DNA of 64,000 nucleotides from a virus (taxonomy: Duplodnaviria; Caudoviricetes), in the IMG/VR virus record IMGVR_UViG_3300034053_000029, positions 64,001-128,000 of that record; one strand, 5' to 3'. Below the pieces are notes generated by a model, which saw nothing but the letters and a program-made list of their open reading frames with translations, did not search any database and was not told where the DNA came from. The position numbers and the translations under genes were made by a program. Positions within the stretch are counted from its first letter, which is position 1. Every line of letters starts with the position of its first letter. Positions 5,913 to 14,011 of the stretch are shown here, one piece after another.

Positions 5913-6743
5913 ATGTCCAGCACCAGTATTTATCCATCAACGAAGATCGTTCCTTATGTTTATAAGTTGACTCATAAAGTCACTAAACAATTTTACTTTG
6001 GTGTTAGGTTTAGTAAAAACCAAAAACTACCATCGCACATCGATTTAGGAACACATTATTTCACATCATCGAAATGCATCAAACAACTTGGTTTTGATAA
6101 CTTTGACACCGAAATCCTAGCAGAATTTCCTTTCGACGGCGGAAGAATTGATGCTTACTTACTTGAACAACAATTAATCGAAGAGAACTTCTCAAATTCA
6201 CTCATCTTGAATAAGAACATATCAAAAACCAATAAAGGTTCTTTTTACTTTTGGATGCACAAAGGATCAACTTGTCAAGCAATCTCAGATGCAAACAAAG
6301 GCAGGAAATTAAGAGATTATGATTACAAACATTCGCTAGAAAGTAAAAATAAAATTAGCGAAGGTGTTGGTCGTAAATGTTCTTGCATATTATGCAAAGT
6401 CGAACTATCATCAATTACATCACTTAAATCACACTTCAAAAGTTGTTTTGAAGATTGGGAATCGATGCAGTGTTTATTCCCAAACTTAAATCAAAAGAAA
6501 CATCTCATCAAACCAAAAAGAATTAAGTCGCCCAAAATTATAAAACAAAAGCGAATCAAAAAAGAATTTAACAACTGTTTAGAATGTCAATCTAAAGTAA
6601 ATCGTCGTTCTAAAAAGTTTTGTAATTCGTCTTGTGCAGCAAAATACAACAATAAACTAAGACCCAAAGGGCACGAATCAAGAATAAAAAGCAATGAATC
6701 GAGAATAAACAAATTAAAATCTAGGTGTGCGTCTAATCTCTAG
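5913..6743 (+). CDS. GIY-YIG-like homing endonuclease with C-terminal zinc module
   Basis: PYVYKL...FYFGVR...YFTSSK; CLEC...FCNSSC module. Confidence 0.8.
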   Translation: MSSTSIYPSTKIVPYVYKLTHKVTKQFYFGVRFSKNQKLPSHIDLGTHYFTSSKCIKQLGFDNFDTEILAEFPFDGGRIDAYLLEQQLIEENFSNSLILNKNISKTNKGSFYFWMHKGSTCQAISDANKGRKLRDYDYKHSLESKNKISEGVGRKCSCILCKVELSSITSLKSHFKSCFEDWESMQCLFPNLNQKKHLIKPKRIKSPKIIKQKRIKKEFNNCLECQSKVNRRSKKFCNSSCAAKYNNKLRPKGHESRIKSNESRINKLKSRCASNL

Positions 6744-6768
6744 AAAATAAACACACACCTAAAATTTT

Positions 6769-6990
6769 AACAAGCAGACTTCTTTCCGACAATACTTTCA
6801 CATAATAAGGGACGACTCGAACGTCCATCGTCGGCTTGAGCGCCGATCTGCCTCCCAGCACTTATTCCACTACTGGCATCATCTTCGATCTGTCTTTTGC
6901 TTGTTGATCAGACAAGTGCTTTATCGTTCTTACCCAATCTCAGGCGACCGACTTGAACGGTGCATCGAACTATGTCGCTTCACAGCGAGA
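6769..6990 (-). ncRNA. Large structured RNA, 5' segment, containing a tRNA-like domain
   Basis: TCGC-TGTGAA-GCGA; CCG-TTCAAGT-CGG T-loop hairpin; AACAAGCA/TGCTTGTT closing 6769-6905; T-arm GGACG-TTCGAGT-CGTCC. Confidence 0.55.
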
Positions 6991-6995
6991 TATTT

Positions 6996-7086
6996 TGGTG
7001 GGGCATGGACGGAATCGAACCTCTTGCCTAGAAGGACTGCGTTTACAGCGCAGCGGCGACACCAGTCTGCCCTTATTGCACACCCC
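6996..7086 (-). tRNA. tRNA-Tyr(GTA), enlarged D-arm
   Basis: CTGCG-CTGTAAA-CGCAG; V-arm; A73-CCA. Confidence 0.88.
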
Positions 7087-7094
7087 AAATTTAT

Positions 7095-7498
7095 TAGCGG
7101 AGAAGTACCATCTTCTCCTTTCACCTGTACTCAGGATCACCTTTTGGGCGTGACATTAACTGTTTGGTAATGTTGCCTCAGTGGATACCAACCACCTTAC
7201 TAGAGGTTACAGTAGCATTGTCTACTCAACAATAACAGTCAAATTTATTACGCACTCTTTTGAATGCGGATTGTTAAGTATTCTTGAAAGAATCGAACTT
7301 TCGTCCTACCCGCCCCCTGCCGGAAAGCCTCAGACACCATTTAAGAACACTTAACAATCGGTGGCTCGATCACTCACACCACCTGATGTTTTCGATCTAT
7401 CTCCCACGATAGCTTCTCAACACCCTCCGACTTTTCACACCATGTTTTAAGTGCGGTGCCTGGCCTCGTTACCAGATAACTTAACACACTCTGCTACT
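7095..7498 (-). ncRNA. ~400-nt structured RNA of unknown class at the head of the tRNA operon
   Basis: 17-bp helix 7269-7359 enclosing T-arm GAAAG-TTCGATT-CTTTC; terminal GGAGAAG/CTTCTCC; no credible minus-strand ORF. Confidence 0.55.
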
Positions 7499-7506
7499 GA
7501 GACTAC

Positions 7507-7535
7507 ATTTTATTCTACTTCTGAAACCTTGTCAA
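7507..7535 (-). promoter_or_regulatory. sigma70-type promoter for the RNA operon
   Basis: TTGACA-N17-TAAAAT. Confidence 0.8.
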
Positions 7536-7648
7536 TAACTATTTTGGTACTTCTCTTTCCGTTTGAAGGAACCCTTACCCTTCTTGGAACCAACAACACG
7601 CATCCGGTACTTTGGAGTGCGAAGGTCTTTAGCGATTGGGTTTTTCAT
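7532..7648 (-). CDS. arfA: ArfA-like alternative ribosome-rescue factor (38 aa)
   Basis: KYRMRV...KKGKGSFKRK matches the ArfA KGKGS core; start re-called at ATG 7648. Confidence 0.7.
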   Translation of the reverse strand: MKNPIAKDLRTPKYRMRVVGSKKGKGSFKRKEKYQNSY

Positions 7649-7649
7649 T

Positions 7650-7766
7650 TTACTTACCTTTAGCAAAAAGTGTATAACCAGAAACCCGTTGCAACACAAC
7701 CACCGCAAGCATATTATTAACACATTTCCACTCACGATGCACAGGATTAAAAACGTAGTATTTCAT
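7650..7766 (-). CDS. 38-aa hypothetical (MKYYVFNPVHREWKCV...)
   Basis: GAGG SD; TTGACG-N16-TAAAAT upstream at 7804-7831. Confidence 0.55.
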   Translation of the reverse strand: MKYYVFNPVHREWKCVNNMLAVVVLQRVSGYTLFAKGK

Positions 7767-7856
7767 TTCCGTATTCCTCTTGTTGCGTCATTCGATGGAA
7801 CGAATTTTACTCTCTTTTAAACTTTCGTCAACTACTTTCGTAAGTGACTGATTTAC

Positions 7857-7890
7857 AAAAGAAAAACCCGAAACTTTTTGGGTTTCGGGT
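7857..7890 (-). terminator. Rho-independent terminator
   Basis: ACCCGAAAC/GTTTCGGGT hairpin followed by TTTTTCTTTT. Confidence 0.8.
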
Positions 7891-7949
7891 CATCTTTGGT
7901 GCCACATTTTTTACTTTTAAGATGACCCTACATACAATCTCCCTGCTCG

Positions 7950-8040
7950 GAATACGCACGACCAAAGAGACTAACTGGCATTGGATTATGCCATAAGTTA
8001 GTTCTAATTGTAGTGGGTATGCGTTTCATTGGTCTTTTTA
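7950..8040 (-). ncRNA. Candidate pseudoknotted RNA after a CATAAATA box (8079-8086)
   Basis: GACCAA/TTGGTC enclosing ACTAAC/GTTAGT and TGGCAT/ATGCCA; loop ACGCAT pairs with downstream GTGCGT. Confidence 0.45.
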
Positions 8041-8122
8041 TTCCTAAAAATTTATATGATTCTATTATACTTATATGGTATTTATGTAAATTGGGATTTC
8101 TCTTACAAACTGTTACAACTCT

Positions 8123-8307
8123 GGATGGAGTTCGTGATATAACCCGCACTACAGGGAATGTCTTTCACATTCAGTCATTGGCGACTTTTACCAATTAGCA
8201 GATAGTCTTTCCTACCAGTCAACCGTCTTTCCAGTTTGTCATCCACTTTTAGGATTTCTCCCTACTTATGATATTAGAATGTCTTTTTATTTTTGCAGAA
8301 TCCATCC
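8123..8307 (-). ncRNA. Candidate ~185-nt late structured RNA
   Basis: GGATGG/CCATCC closure; ACTG-GAAAGA-CGGT and GAATGT-GAAAG-ACATTC hairpins; exact TATAAATA at 8315-8322. Confidence 0.5.
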
Positions 8308-8330
8308 AATTGTTTATTTATACTACCTGA

Positions 8331-8549
8331 TTACTTGAGAACTGCAGACTTCATTCCACGATGACCACGCCAATGAATCTTTGCATTACCTGCCTTGGTG
8401 TATTCTACCTTGGAAACAGTTACGGTGCGTGGAAGATGAAGTTTCTCCTGAGTGCCGTTATCGTTAATGCGAGTTCCTGCAGGAATCATAACCTTTGATC
8501 CTTCGGAAATCATTGACTTGATGGTTTGGGTGGTTTGTGTTGTCTTCAT
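8331..8549 (-). CDS. Hypothetical protein
   Basis: AAAGG SD; 72-aa ORF on the main coding strand. Confidence 0.7.
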   Translation of the reverse strand: MKTTQTTQTIKSMISEGSKVMIPAGTRINDNGTQEKLHLPRTVTVSKVEYTKAGNAKIHWRGHRGMKSAVLK

Positions 8550-8622
8550 ATGTGATACCTTTCATAATAAATGTCGCAGTTTAAAAAGAAAGCTAGTTTG
8601 CGACATGACTAGCATTCGGAAA

Positions 8623-9000
8623 TCAAATTTTCTTTAATCCATTAATATGATCTTCACTATCCATTGTATCGGAGTGCCACATCTTATGCAGAAAATCATG
8701 GTTCAATCTAATCCAATCTTTCACTTTCTCAACATGATCAGAGGGGATTTTTACTTGTCCTGCTCTCTTTTGTGGATCATGCTCAATTGATAGGGAAAAA
8801 GAATCATCAAAATCAAATTTACCTTTAGTGTTTGAAACTTTAACTCTTGGGCCATGTTTTGCTCCACCTTTACCAGACACAAATATTGGATATTCTAATC
8901 CAGTATGCTTCGATGCCAAATTTGTCATCTCATAAAGAGACATTTGATCCGGAGCGATTATGTTATATATTGCCTCGTATAGTTGAGAAACCTTGTCCAT
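8623..9000 (-). CDS. Hypothetical protein (HGPRVKV motif)
   Basis: AGGA SD; 125 aa. Confidence 0.75.
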   Translation of the reverse strand: MDKVSQLYEAIYNIIAPDQMSLYEMTNLASKHTGLEYPIFVSGKGGAKHGPRVKVSNTKGKFDFDDSFSLSIEHDPQKRAGQVKIPSDHVEKVKDWIRLNHDFLHKMWHSDTMDSEDHINGLKKI

Positions 9001-9003
9001 ATT

Positions 9004-9288
9004 TTATCCTAGCCTAGATGACAAATCAAGACCAGATGTTTGTTGCAGATATGCAGTTTCAATTTGAAGTGGCGCTTCGATCTTAGTGACGATTGCGCCA
9101 ATAGCAATACTGACGGTTTCATCTGGTGCTGACATGATGTATGGAACTAGTGCTGCTCCCATACCTTGTTGGGTTTGCATCATTTGGAACACACGAGGCT
9201 TTTCATAAACCATACCAAACACTTCTCCAACCTCTCGTGCGATTACTTCCTCGCCGCTAACCAACTTAATAACAACTATATCACTCAT
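9004..9288 (-). CDS. T4-like conserved small Sm-like-fold protein
   Basis: VIKLVSGEEVIA N-terminus typical of T4-like phage ORFs. Confidence 0.75.
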   Translation of the reverse strand: MSDIVVIKLVSGEEVIAREVGEVFGMVYEKPRVFQMMQTQQGMGAALVPYIMSAPDETVSIAIGAIVTKIEAPLQIETAYLQQTSGLDLSSRLG

Positions 9289-10231
9289 TTATAATCCTTT
9301 CAATATCTAAAATACATTTTTGTTTTTCGGCATTCGCCATTGAGAGGATTTCTTTTGACCACGAAAATCCATCCAACATTTTTACTTTCGATAGTATATC
9401 TGCACCACTAGAAACAATCAAGTCTTTCGGGAAAATATTTTCATAACCAGAAAGCGTTAATGTGTTTAGACAATCAGCATCAAATAGAAGAGGAACATTA
9501 CTATTCAATGCTTCATAGAATCGATTCGCAAGACAGCTATAATCAGTATGCGTTGTCTTATCTTCAATATACAACGACGCTGCATATTTTGTCAATCCAC
9601 CAGAAAGAATATCTAGTCTAGGGATGAATCTAGAATTTACTCCAATTTCCCTAAATTTGTCGATGTTCTTTTGGTGCGTCGATGTTATGCAAGATGGAAG
9701 ATACTTAACAAACGACTCGGCACGATCTTTTCGATAAGCTCCATAGTAGCAGCACCACTTAATTTTATCATCAAAGAAATCGCTCAGAAAGCTAGATTGG
9801 AATGTTGAAGTCAAATTCGGATCAAAAATTAACGCATTCAAATTTGTCACTTCCCACCTATCAATCCACTTGGTGTTTGCCTTTAATGAATACTCCATCT
9901 TGTGATTTGCAATCACGGTATATTTCTTGTCTGCCTCTTTGACGTAAGCCCACAACAACATCGACTCACCTAGCACATAGTCATTACTCAAGAAGAATAA
10001 CTTTGCATTGGGACTATTCTTTACCCAATCGGTACTAACAAAAGAATATGCGCTTGAATGACAAAATATGATTACATCATAATCCGATTTTATATTATCG
10101 TTGACCGTTGGGTATGACCAGATCAAATCTCCACCAAAATGATCGGCAAGTATTTTGGCATTTTGCCAATGCAATGATACCTGTGGATTGCTGTTACTCG
10201 ATTTATGAGAATCTATAATTAATATTTTCAA
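9281..10231 (-). CDS. GT-B glycosyltransferase resembling T4 beta-glucosyltransferase
   Basis: MKILII N-terminus; YYGAYRKDR and NRFYEAL..NVPLLFD resemble BGT motifs as I recall them. Confidence 0.6.
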   Translation of the reverse strand: MKILIIDSHKSSNSNPQVSLHWQNAKILADHFGGDLIWSYPTVNDNIKSDYDVIIFCHSSAYSFVSTDWVKNSPNAKLFFLSNDYVLGESMLLWAYVKEADKKYTVIANHKMEYSLKANTKWIDRWEVTNLNALIFDPNLTSTFQSSFLSDFFDDKIKWCCYYGAYRKDRAESFVKYLPSCITSTHQKNIDKFREIGVNSRFIPRLDILSGGLTKYAASLYIEDKTTHTDYSCLANRFYEALNSNVPLLFDADCLNTLTLSGYENIFPKDLIVSSGADILSKVKMLDGFSWSKEILSMANAEKQKCILDIERIINE

Positions 10232-10872
10232 ACTGAACCTTTCAAGTGCTTTGAAATTTCGTTATACCGTTGAGCAACCTTTTGATCATACCCGTTTGGT
10301 GCAGCATTCGATCCATTGTAACATAACAAGGCAGAACTTGTCGACTTGAACTTGGAAAGACAATCCTTCAAGACCCATGACCCCAAGTAAATGTTCGTAT
10401 GGATATCAAATAATTCTGGAGTTCCAATATCCTTGATTGCTGCCTTTAGCTTTGACAGATGCCATGATGGAATGACTTGCATCACTCCCAAGGCACCTGC
10501 ACCACTAATGCTATGCTTATTGAACGTGGATTCGACCTCTTGAACTGCTAGAACCAGACGGTAATCGACACCAAACTCTTCAGACCACTTGAGACTAGAC
10601 TTTGCAATTTGAATTGCGTCAGCATCATCGATCTTCTGATTTTTATTTTTAATGTAGTCTACCACCTTTTGCGTCGTTGTTTTTTGATAAAATCCTGCAG
10701 CCTCTATCGCTTGATTATACATATGACTTGAGGTCTCTTGGGTGACACTTGTACCACCAATAAACACACCAATCAGCATACCAATCTTGATGCCACGCAG
10801 AAACTTGTTCTTTAATACATACTTGCCATTTTTAAAGTAATACTCTCCCAACGATGGAATCGTTGTTCCCAT
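10228..10872 (-). CDS. Lytic transglycosylase (SLT domain) with N-terminal membrane anchor
   Basis: VQEVESTFN...SGAGALGVMQV...NIYLG..L..YN. Confidence 0.9.
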   Translation of the reverse strand: MGTTIPSLGEYYFKNGKYVLKNKFLRGIKIGMLIGVFIGGTSVTQETSSHMYNQAIEAAGFYQKTTTQKVVDYIKNKNQKIDDADAIQIAKSSLKWSEEFGVDYRLVLAVQEVESTFNKHSISGAGALGVMQVIPSWHLSKLKAAIKDIGTPELFDIHTNIYLGSWVLKDCLSKFKSTSSALLCYNGSNAAPNGYDQKVAQRYNEISKHLKGSV

Positions 10873-10882
10873 TTTACTTCTC

Positions 10883-11086
10883 CTATCGAATGATTACTCC
10901 GACTTCTGGATCAAATTGGATTTTTGCAGGTACAAGAGTACCGTTTCCATCGTCCATCAAAACATTGGGTGGTTCAAATCCAGAACCAACTTCTAAGCGC
11001 CCATTCGCCTTAGCCCATACAAAGTAATCGTAGTTAATTTGCTGAAGTTCCTTGATAAAGGAATCCAGAGATATACTATTTAGCAT
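10883..11086 (-). CDS. Hypothetical protein
   Basis: 67-aa ORF coupled to neighbours. Confidence 0.6.
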   Translation of the reverse strand: MLNSISLDSFIKELQQINYDYFVWAKANGRLEVGSGFEPPNVLMDDGNGTLVPAKIQFDPEVGVIIR

Positions 11087-11648
11087 TATGAATTCCCCAA
11101 CTTAGTGCTTGATTATAGAATGAACGAACCGACTTGTCAATGATAGCGATGTTTTCGTATATCATATTCTTTTGGATTTCACGAATCCTCTCGGAAAATG
11201 TCGTACAAATTGCCGCCTCTGCTAGTGCAGTCTCATGGTCATTCACGATACGCATACCCAATTTCTTAGCAATGGTTTGCATGGGTTTGTTATCTCGCAA
11301 ACACTCCATAACTAGCTTAGTGACACCTGATGCCTTGCACCAAGTGATAATACGCTTCATTAGATCGACACCTAGACCTTTGCCCTTATATTCATCAGAA
11401 ACTGACATACCAAGTTCATATTGGTCGGAATCGACTTTACCTAGATGAACGAAGGCAACTAGATTTGCTCCAGAGAAACACCCAAAACACACATCACCAT
11501 TCCATCGAATACGCTCGACATAAGATTCGATTCCAACATTGGTAATATTGGAAAAGAATCGTAGTCTACGGTCATCCTCATTGAGAGCAAACAAATGATC
11601 TAGAATTTGATGATCATTGGTTTCATTCAATTCACAAATTGGTAGCAT
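11076..11648 (-). CDS. GNAT-family acetyltransferase
   Basis: RRLRFF; ELGMSVSDEYKGKGLG motif A; DNKPM. Confidence 0.85.
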   Translation of the reverse strand: MLPICELNETNDHQILDHLFALNEDDRRLRFFSNITNVGIESYVERIRWNGDVCFGCFSGANLVAFVHLGKVDSDQYELGMSVSDEYKGKGLGVDLMKRIITWCKASGVTKLVMECLRDNKPMQTIAKKLGMRIVNDHETALAEAAICTTFSERIREIQKNMIYENIAIIDKSVRSFYNQALSWGIHNAK

Positions 11649-11655
11649 ATATGTC

Positions 11656-11889
11656 CTATGAATATTTTAATAGTAAAAGTATAAAGGCATTTTCTTCCAT
11701 TTCAAACCAATCGTCGCCAGAAAGTTCGGCTCGATATGAATTGGATGGTCTCGGCATCGTCTTCGCATTATGTTCGGTGATGAACATCTGCCAAGGAGAT
11801 TCATAACCAGCGGCAATATATCCTTGGACAATTACATCTTTGAACTTCTCCGGAAGATGCTCTTGCCAACAACGAATAATATTAGCCAT
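11656..11889 (-). CDS. Hypothetical protein
   Basis: 77-aa ORF, coupled. Confidence 0.65.
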   Translation of the reverse strand: MANIIRCWQEHLPEKFKDVIVQGYIAAGYESPWQMFITEHNAKTMPRPSNSYRAELSGDDWFEMEENAFILLLLKYS

Positions 11890-12913
11890 CGTTTTTCAAG
11901 AGCCAACTATTACTGATTGCCTTGAATGAAGTCGATCCATCAACCGCTTTGAACACTACTCCCTCACGAGACTTTGCATTCAGTGATGGGCCTTCTGCAT
12001 ACTTTAGAATGTCATCGACCGTATTCAATTCAAGATCAGACAATCGATCAAAGTTAGCAAGGATAGGAACGTGCTTCAATCCAAATTGCTTACATAATTC
12101 TTGTCTACGAGCAGTTGACAGATATTCACATTCAACTGGATCATATATGTCAAATACATACAGGTCTTGTCCCTTGATCCCTTCCTTGTTTCCTTGGACA
12201 CCTTCACCAATCAATTCGCCACTGATTTGAATTGGTCGACCATACGCCTTCAGTTGTTCTTCCAAGTTATATTTCTTGCATACTTGAACAAACGAATTAC
12301 CTTCCTGATCCGTCTTGAGATTCATATTACGACTACAAACGGTGTAAGTCAGGTCGTTGACCAATCCAACAGAGCAAGATGATCCATCGAGTTTGATCGT
12401 GACTTCATACTCATGCTGCTTCAAGTAATAGAATTCTTTGTTAGAAAATCCTTGGATGCGCTCTTGATCGGTCTTGCGCCACTCGGACGGGAAATTACCA
12501 CGAACCGTTCCAGATAGACAAGCAGCAATTGGTGCTTCCCACTTTTGAATACGCAGTTCATCGGTAACATCTTCACCTTCAACAAAGATAGGAGATAGTG
12601 CATGATCTACCAATAATTCAATTGGTAGAATCAAACCTTGACTGATCTGACCACGCAGTTTTACTGTACGAAGACGCTCGCCCTTCACTCCGTTGTATTC
12701 TCTTGGGAAAGCACCTTTCGACAAGAACGGAGCAAGTTCAGTAGGAACCCAAGAATCGATTTCCAGATAGATAACCAGATCACCGATATTGAACTCACCA
12801 CGCTTGACAACAACCCACCAAGAATTGATCTGCGCTTTTTCAATTGCGTCTGCCCCCTCGATAGGTTGAATATCTACGATCTTTTGAATGGATGCTAGTT
12901 TACGTTCAGTCAT
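11882..12913 (-). CDS. RNA ligase, Rnl2/DRB0094-type, with N-terminal OB fold
   Basis: KLDGSS motif I; ISGELIG; EGVVFK; FKAIS. Confidence 0.9.
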   Translation of the reverse strand: MTERKLASIQKIVDIQPIEGADAIEKAQINSWWVVVKRGEFNIGDLVIYLEIDSWVPTELAPFLSKGAFPREYNGVKGERLRTVKLRGQISQGLILPIELLVDHALSPIFVEGEDVTDELRIQKWEAPIAACLSGTVRGNFPSEWRKTDQERIQGFSNKEFYYLKQHEYEVTIKLDGSSCSVGLVNDLTYTVCSRNMNLKTDQEGNSFVQVCKKYNLEEQLKAYGRPIQISGELIGEGVQGNKEGIKGQDLYVFDIYDPVECEYLSTARRQELCKQFGLKHVPILANFDRLSDLELNTVDDILKYAEGPSLNAKSREGVVFKAVDGSTSFKAISNSWLLKNDG

Positions 12914-12915
12914 TA

Positions 12916-13122
12916 TTAATTCGCCTTAGTCACCGAGGTCTTGAACAGGAAATTAGACAAAATATACAAACCCCATGCTTGCAGTAAAGTAATTTCACTC
13001 ACACCTGCAACCACACCAACCAAACAATAATTCCACAGCAGCATAATAGGGATTGCAAGCAATATACCAAATACAATTACCAAAGCAATAAACATCACAC
13101 CAAGAATAGCACCTTCTTTCAT
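12916..13122 (-). CDS. Small membrane protein
   Basis: Hydrophobic; start re-called at ATG 13122. Confidence 0.7.
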   Translation of the reverse strand: MKEGAILGVMFIALVIVFGILLAIPIMLLWNYCLVGVVAGVSEITLLQAWGLYILSNFLFKTSVTKAN

Positions 13123-13132
13123 TTTATTTCCT

Positions 13133-13279
13133 TCACTCAAAAGATTCATCAATCGCCTGATACAGATCAGACTCATTTACCATATATTCTTCAGCAACCA
13201 ATTTGACTGCGAACTCAATCGGCATCCCTGCCATAACGTGCTTTCGCACTTCGTTCAGAGCATCACGATAGCAGAACAT
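13133..13279 (-). CDS. Hypothetical protein
   Basis: GGAG SD before ATG 13279. Confidence 0.65.
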   Translation of the reverse strand: MFCYRDALNEVRKHVMAGMPIEFAVKLVAEEYMVNESDLYQAIDESFE

Positions 13280-13280
13280 A

Positions 13281-13409
13281 TTATTTCTCCAAAATACGAA
13301 CGGTGTAACCTTCGTCTTGCCAGTAATCGGCAAGACTTTGTGCTTGCTTCTCAGACTTACAGTTATACGCTTCGATTAGGTTATCACCAGAATAAACAAG
13401 AACTGACAT
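13281..13409 (-). CDS. 42-aa hypothetical (MSVLVYSGDNLIEAYNCKSE...)
   Basis: GGAG SD; fills gap; below track cutoff. Confidence 0.6.
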   Translation of the reverse strand: MSVLVYSGDNLIEAYNCKSEKQAQSLADYWQDEGYTVRILEK

Positions 13410-13422
13410 TTCAATCTCCCAA

Positions 13423-13941
13423 TTAAATGAAGGACTTCGACTTACCAGTATATTCTACCTTACTTCCACACGATTTGCAACTAACTGTCTTGCGAGGATT
13501 TTGAAGGGCAAGAACAGTTTTCTTCGTCACCCAATGAGACTGACAGGTGCAAACAACTTCATAGCGAATCTTAGTGCGAGTTTGCTTGACGCTAGATACA
13601 TCATATGAATGGCACCGTGTTCCACGCCCACCAAGGCTTTTATCGACTGCCTTAAACTCAGGGCCATGTGCTTGCTTGGCATAGGGTCGCACTTTGTGAG
13701 TGACCAAATGAGCAACTTCATGGATGATCGTATCAACAAAAGATGACGCATTTTCTTTCGCCAACACTTCATTAAACTCAAGACGATTTTTCTGGCAATA
13801 TGCCAAACCTGCATGACCACCTTTGGAATAAAAGCCAACGGTTGGAACGGTAAGCCGGAGATTAGGATAAATCCGGTTAGCCTTCTCGACAATCTCGACA
13901 ACCTTAGCTTTGATGGTAGTACGATCCATGATTCGCTCCAC
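13423..13941 (-). CDS. SprT-like zinc metalloprotease
   Basis: HEVAH motif; HGPEFK; C-terminal CxC...CxxC. Confidence 0.9.
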   Translation of the reverse strand: MERIMDRTTIKAKVVEIVEKANRIYPNLRLTVPTVGFYSKGGHAGLAYCQKNRLEFNEVLAKENASSFVDTIIHEVAHLVTHKVRPYAKQAHGPEFKAVDKSLGGRGTRCHSYDVSSVKQTRTKIRYEVVCTCQSHWVTKKTVLALQNPRKTVSCKSCGSKVEYTGKSKSFI

Positions 13942-13961
13942 ATCGTTAGTTGATGGGATGA

Positions 13962-13990
13962 ATTATAAAGATCGTACTACATCTTGTCAA
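13962..13990 (-). promoter_or_regulatory. Consensus sigma70 promoter
   Basis: TTGACA-N17-TATAAT. Confidence 0.9.
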
Positions 13991-14011
13991 CAACTTTCGT
14001 AAGTGGTTGAT

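Noticed and set aside
6804-6866. Selenocysteine or opal-suppressor tRNA
   Set aside because: 6-nt loop without U33, no long V-arm, no CCA; no selA/selB in the window
7095-7498. tmRNA or RNase P RNA
   Set aside because: No GGGG...CCACCA Ala acceptor with a tag frame, and no GAGGAAAGUCC or P4 signature
1227-7663. Track ORFs overlapping RNA genes (e.g. 1227-1409, 2374-2562, 3168-3386, 4812-5009, 5199-5459, 5536-5736, 6901-7170, 6930-7124, 6953-7153, 7451-7663)
   Set aside because: They lie over tRNAs or structured RNA, lack an SD and have no recognisable motifs
7928-8198. Track ORFs 7928-8149 and 8013-8198
   Set aside because: No SD; the region is better explained by paired structure and promoters
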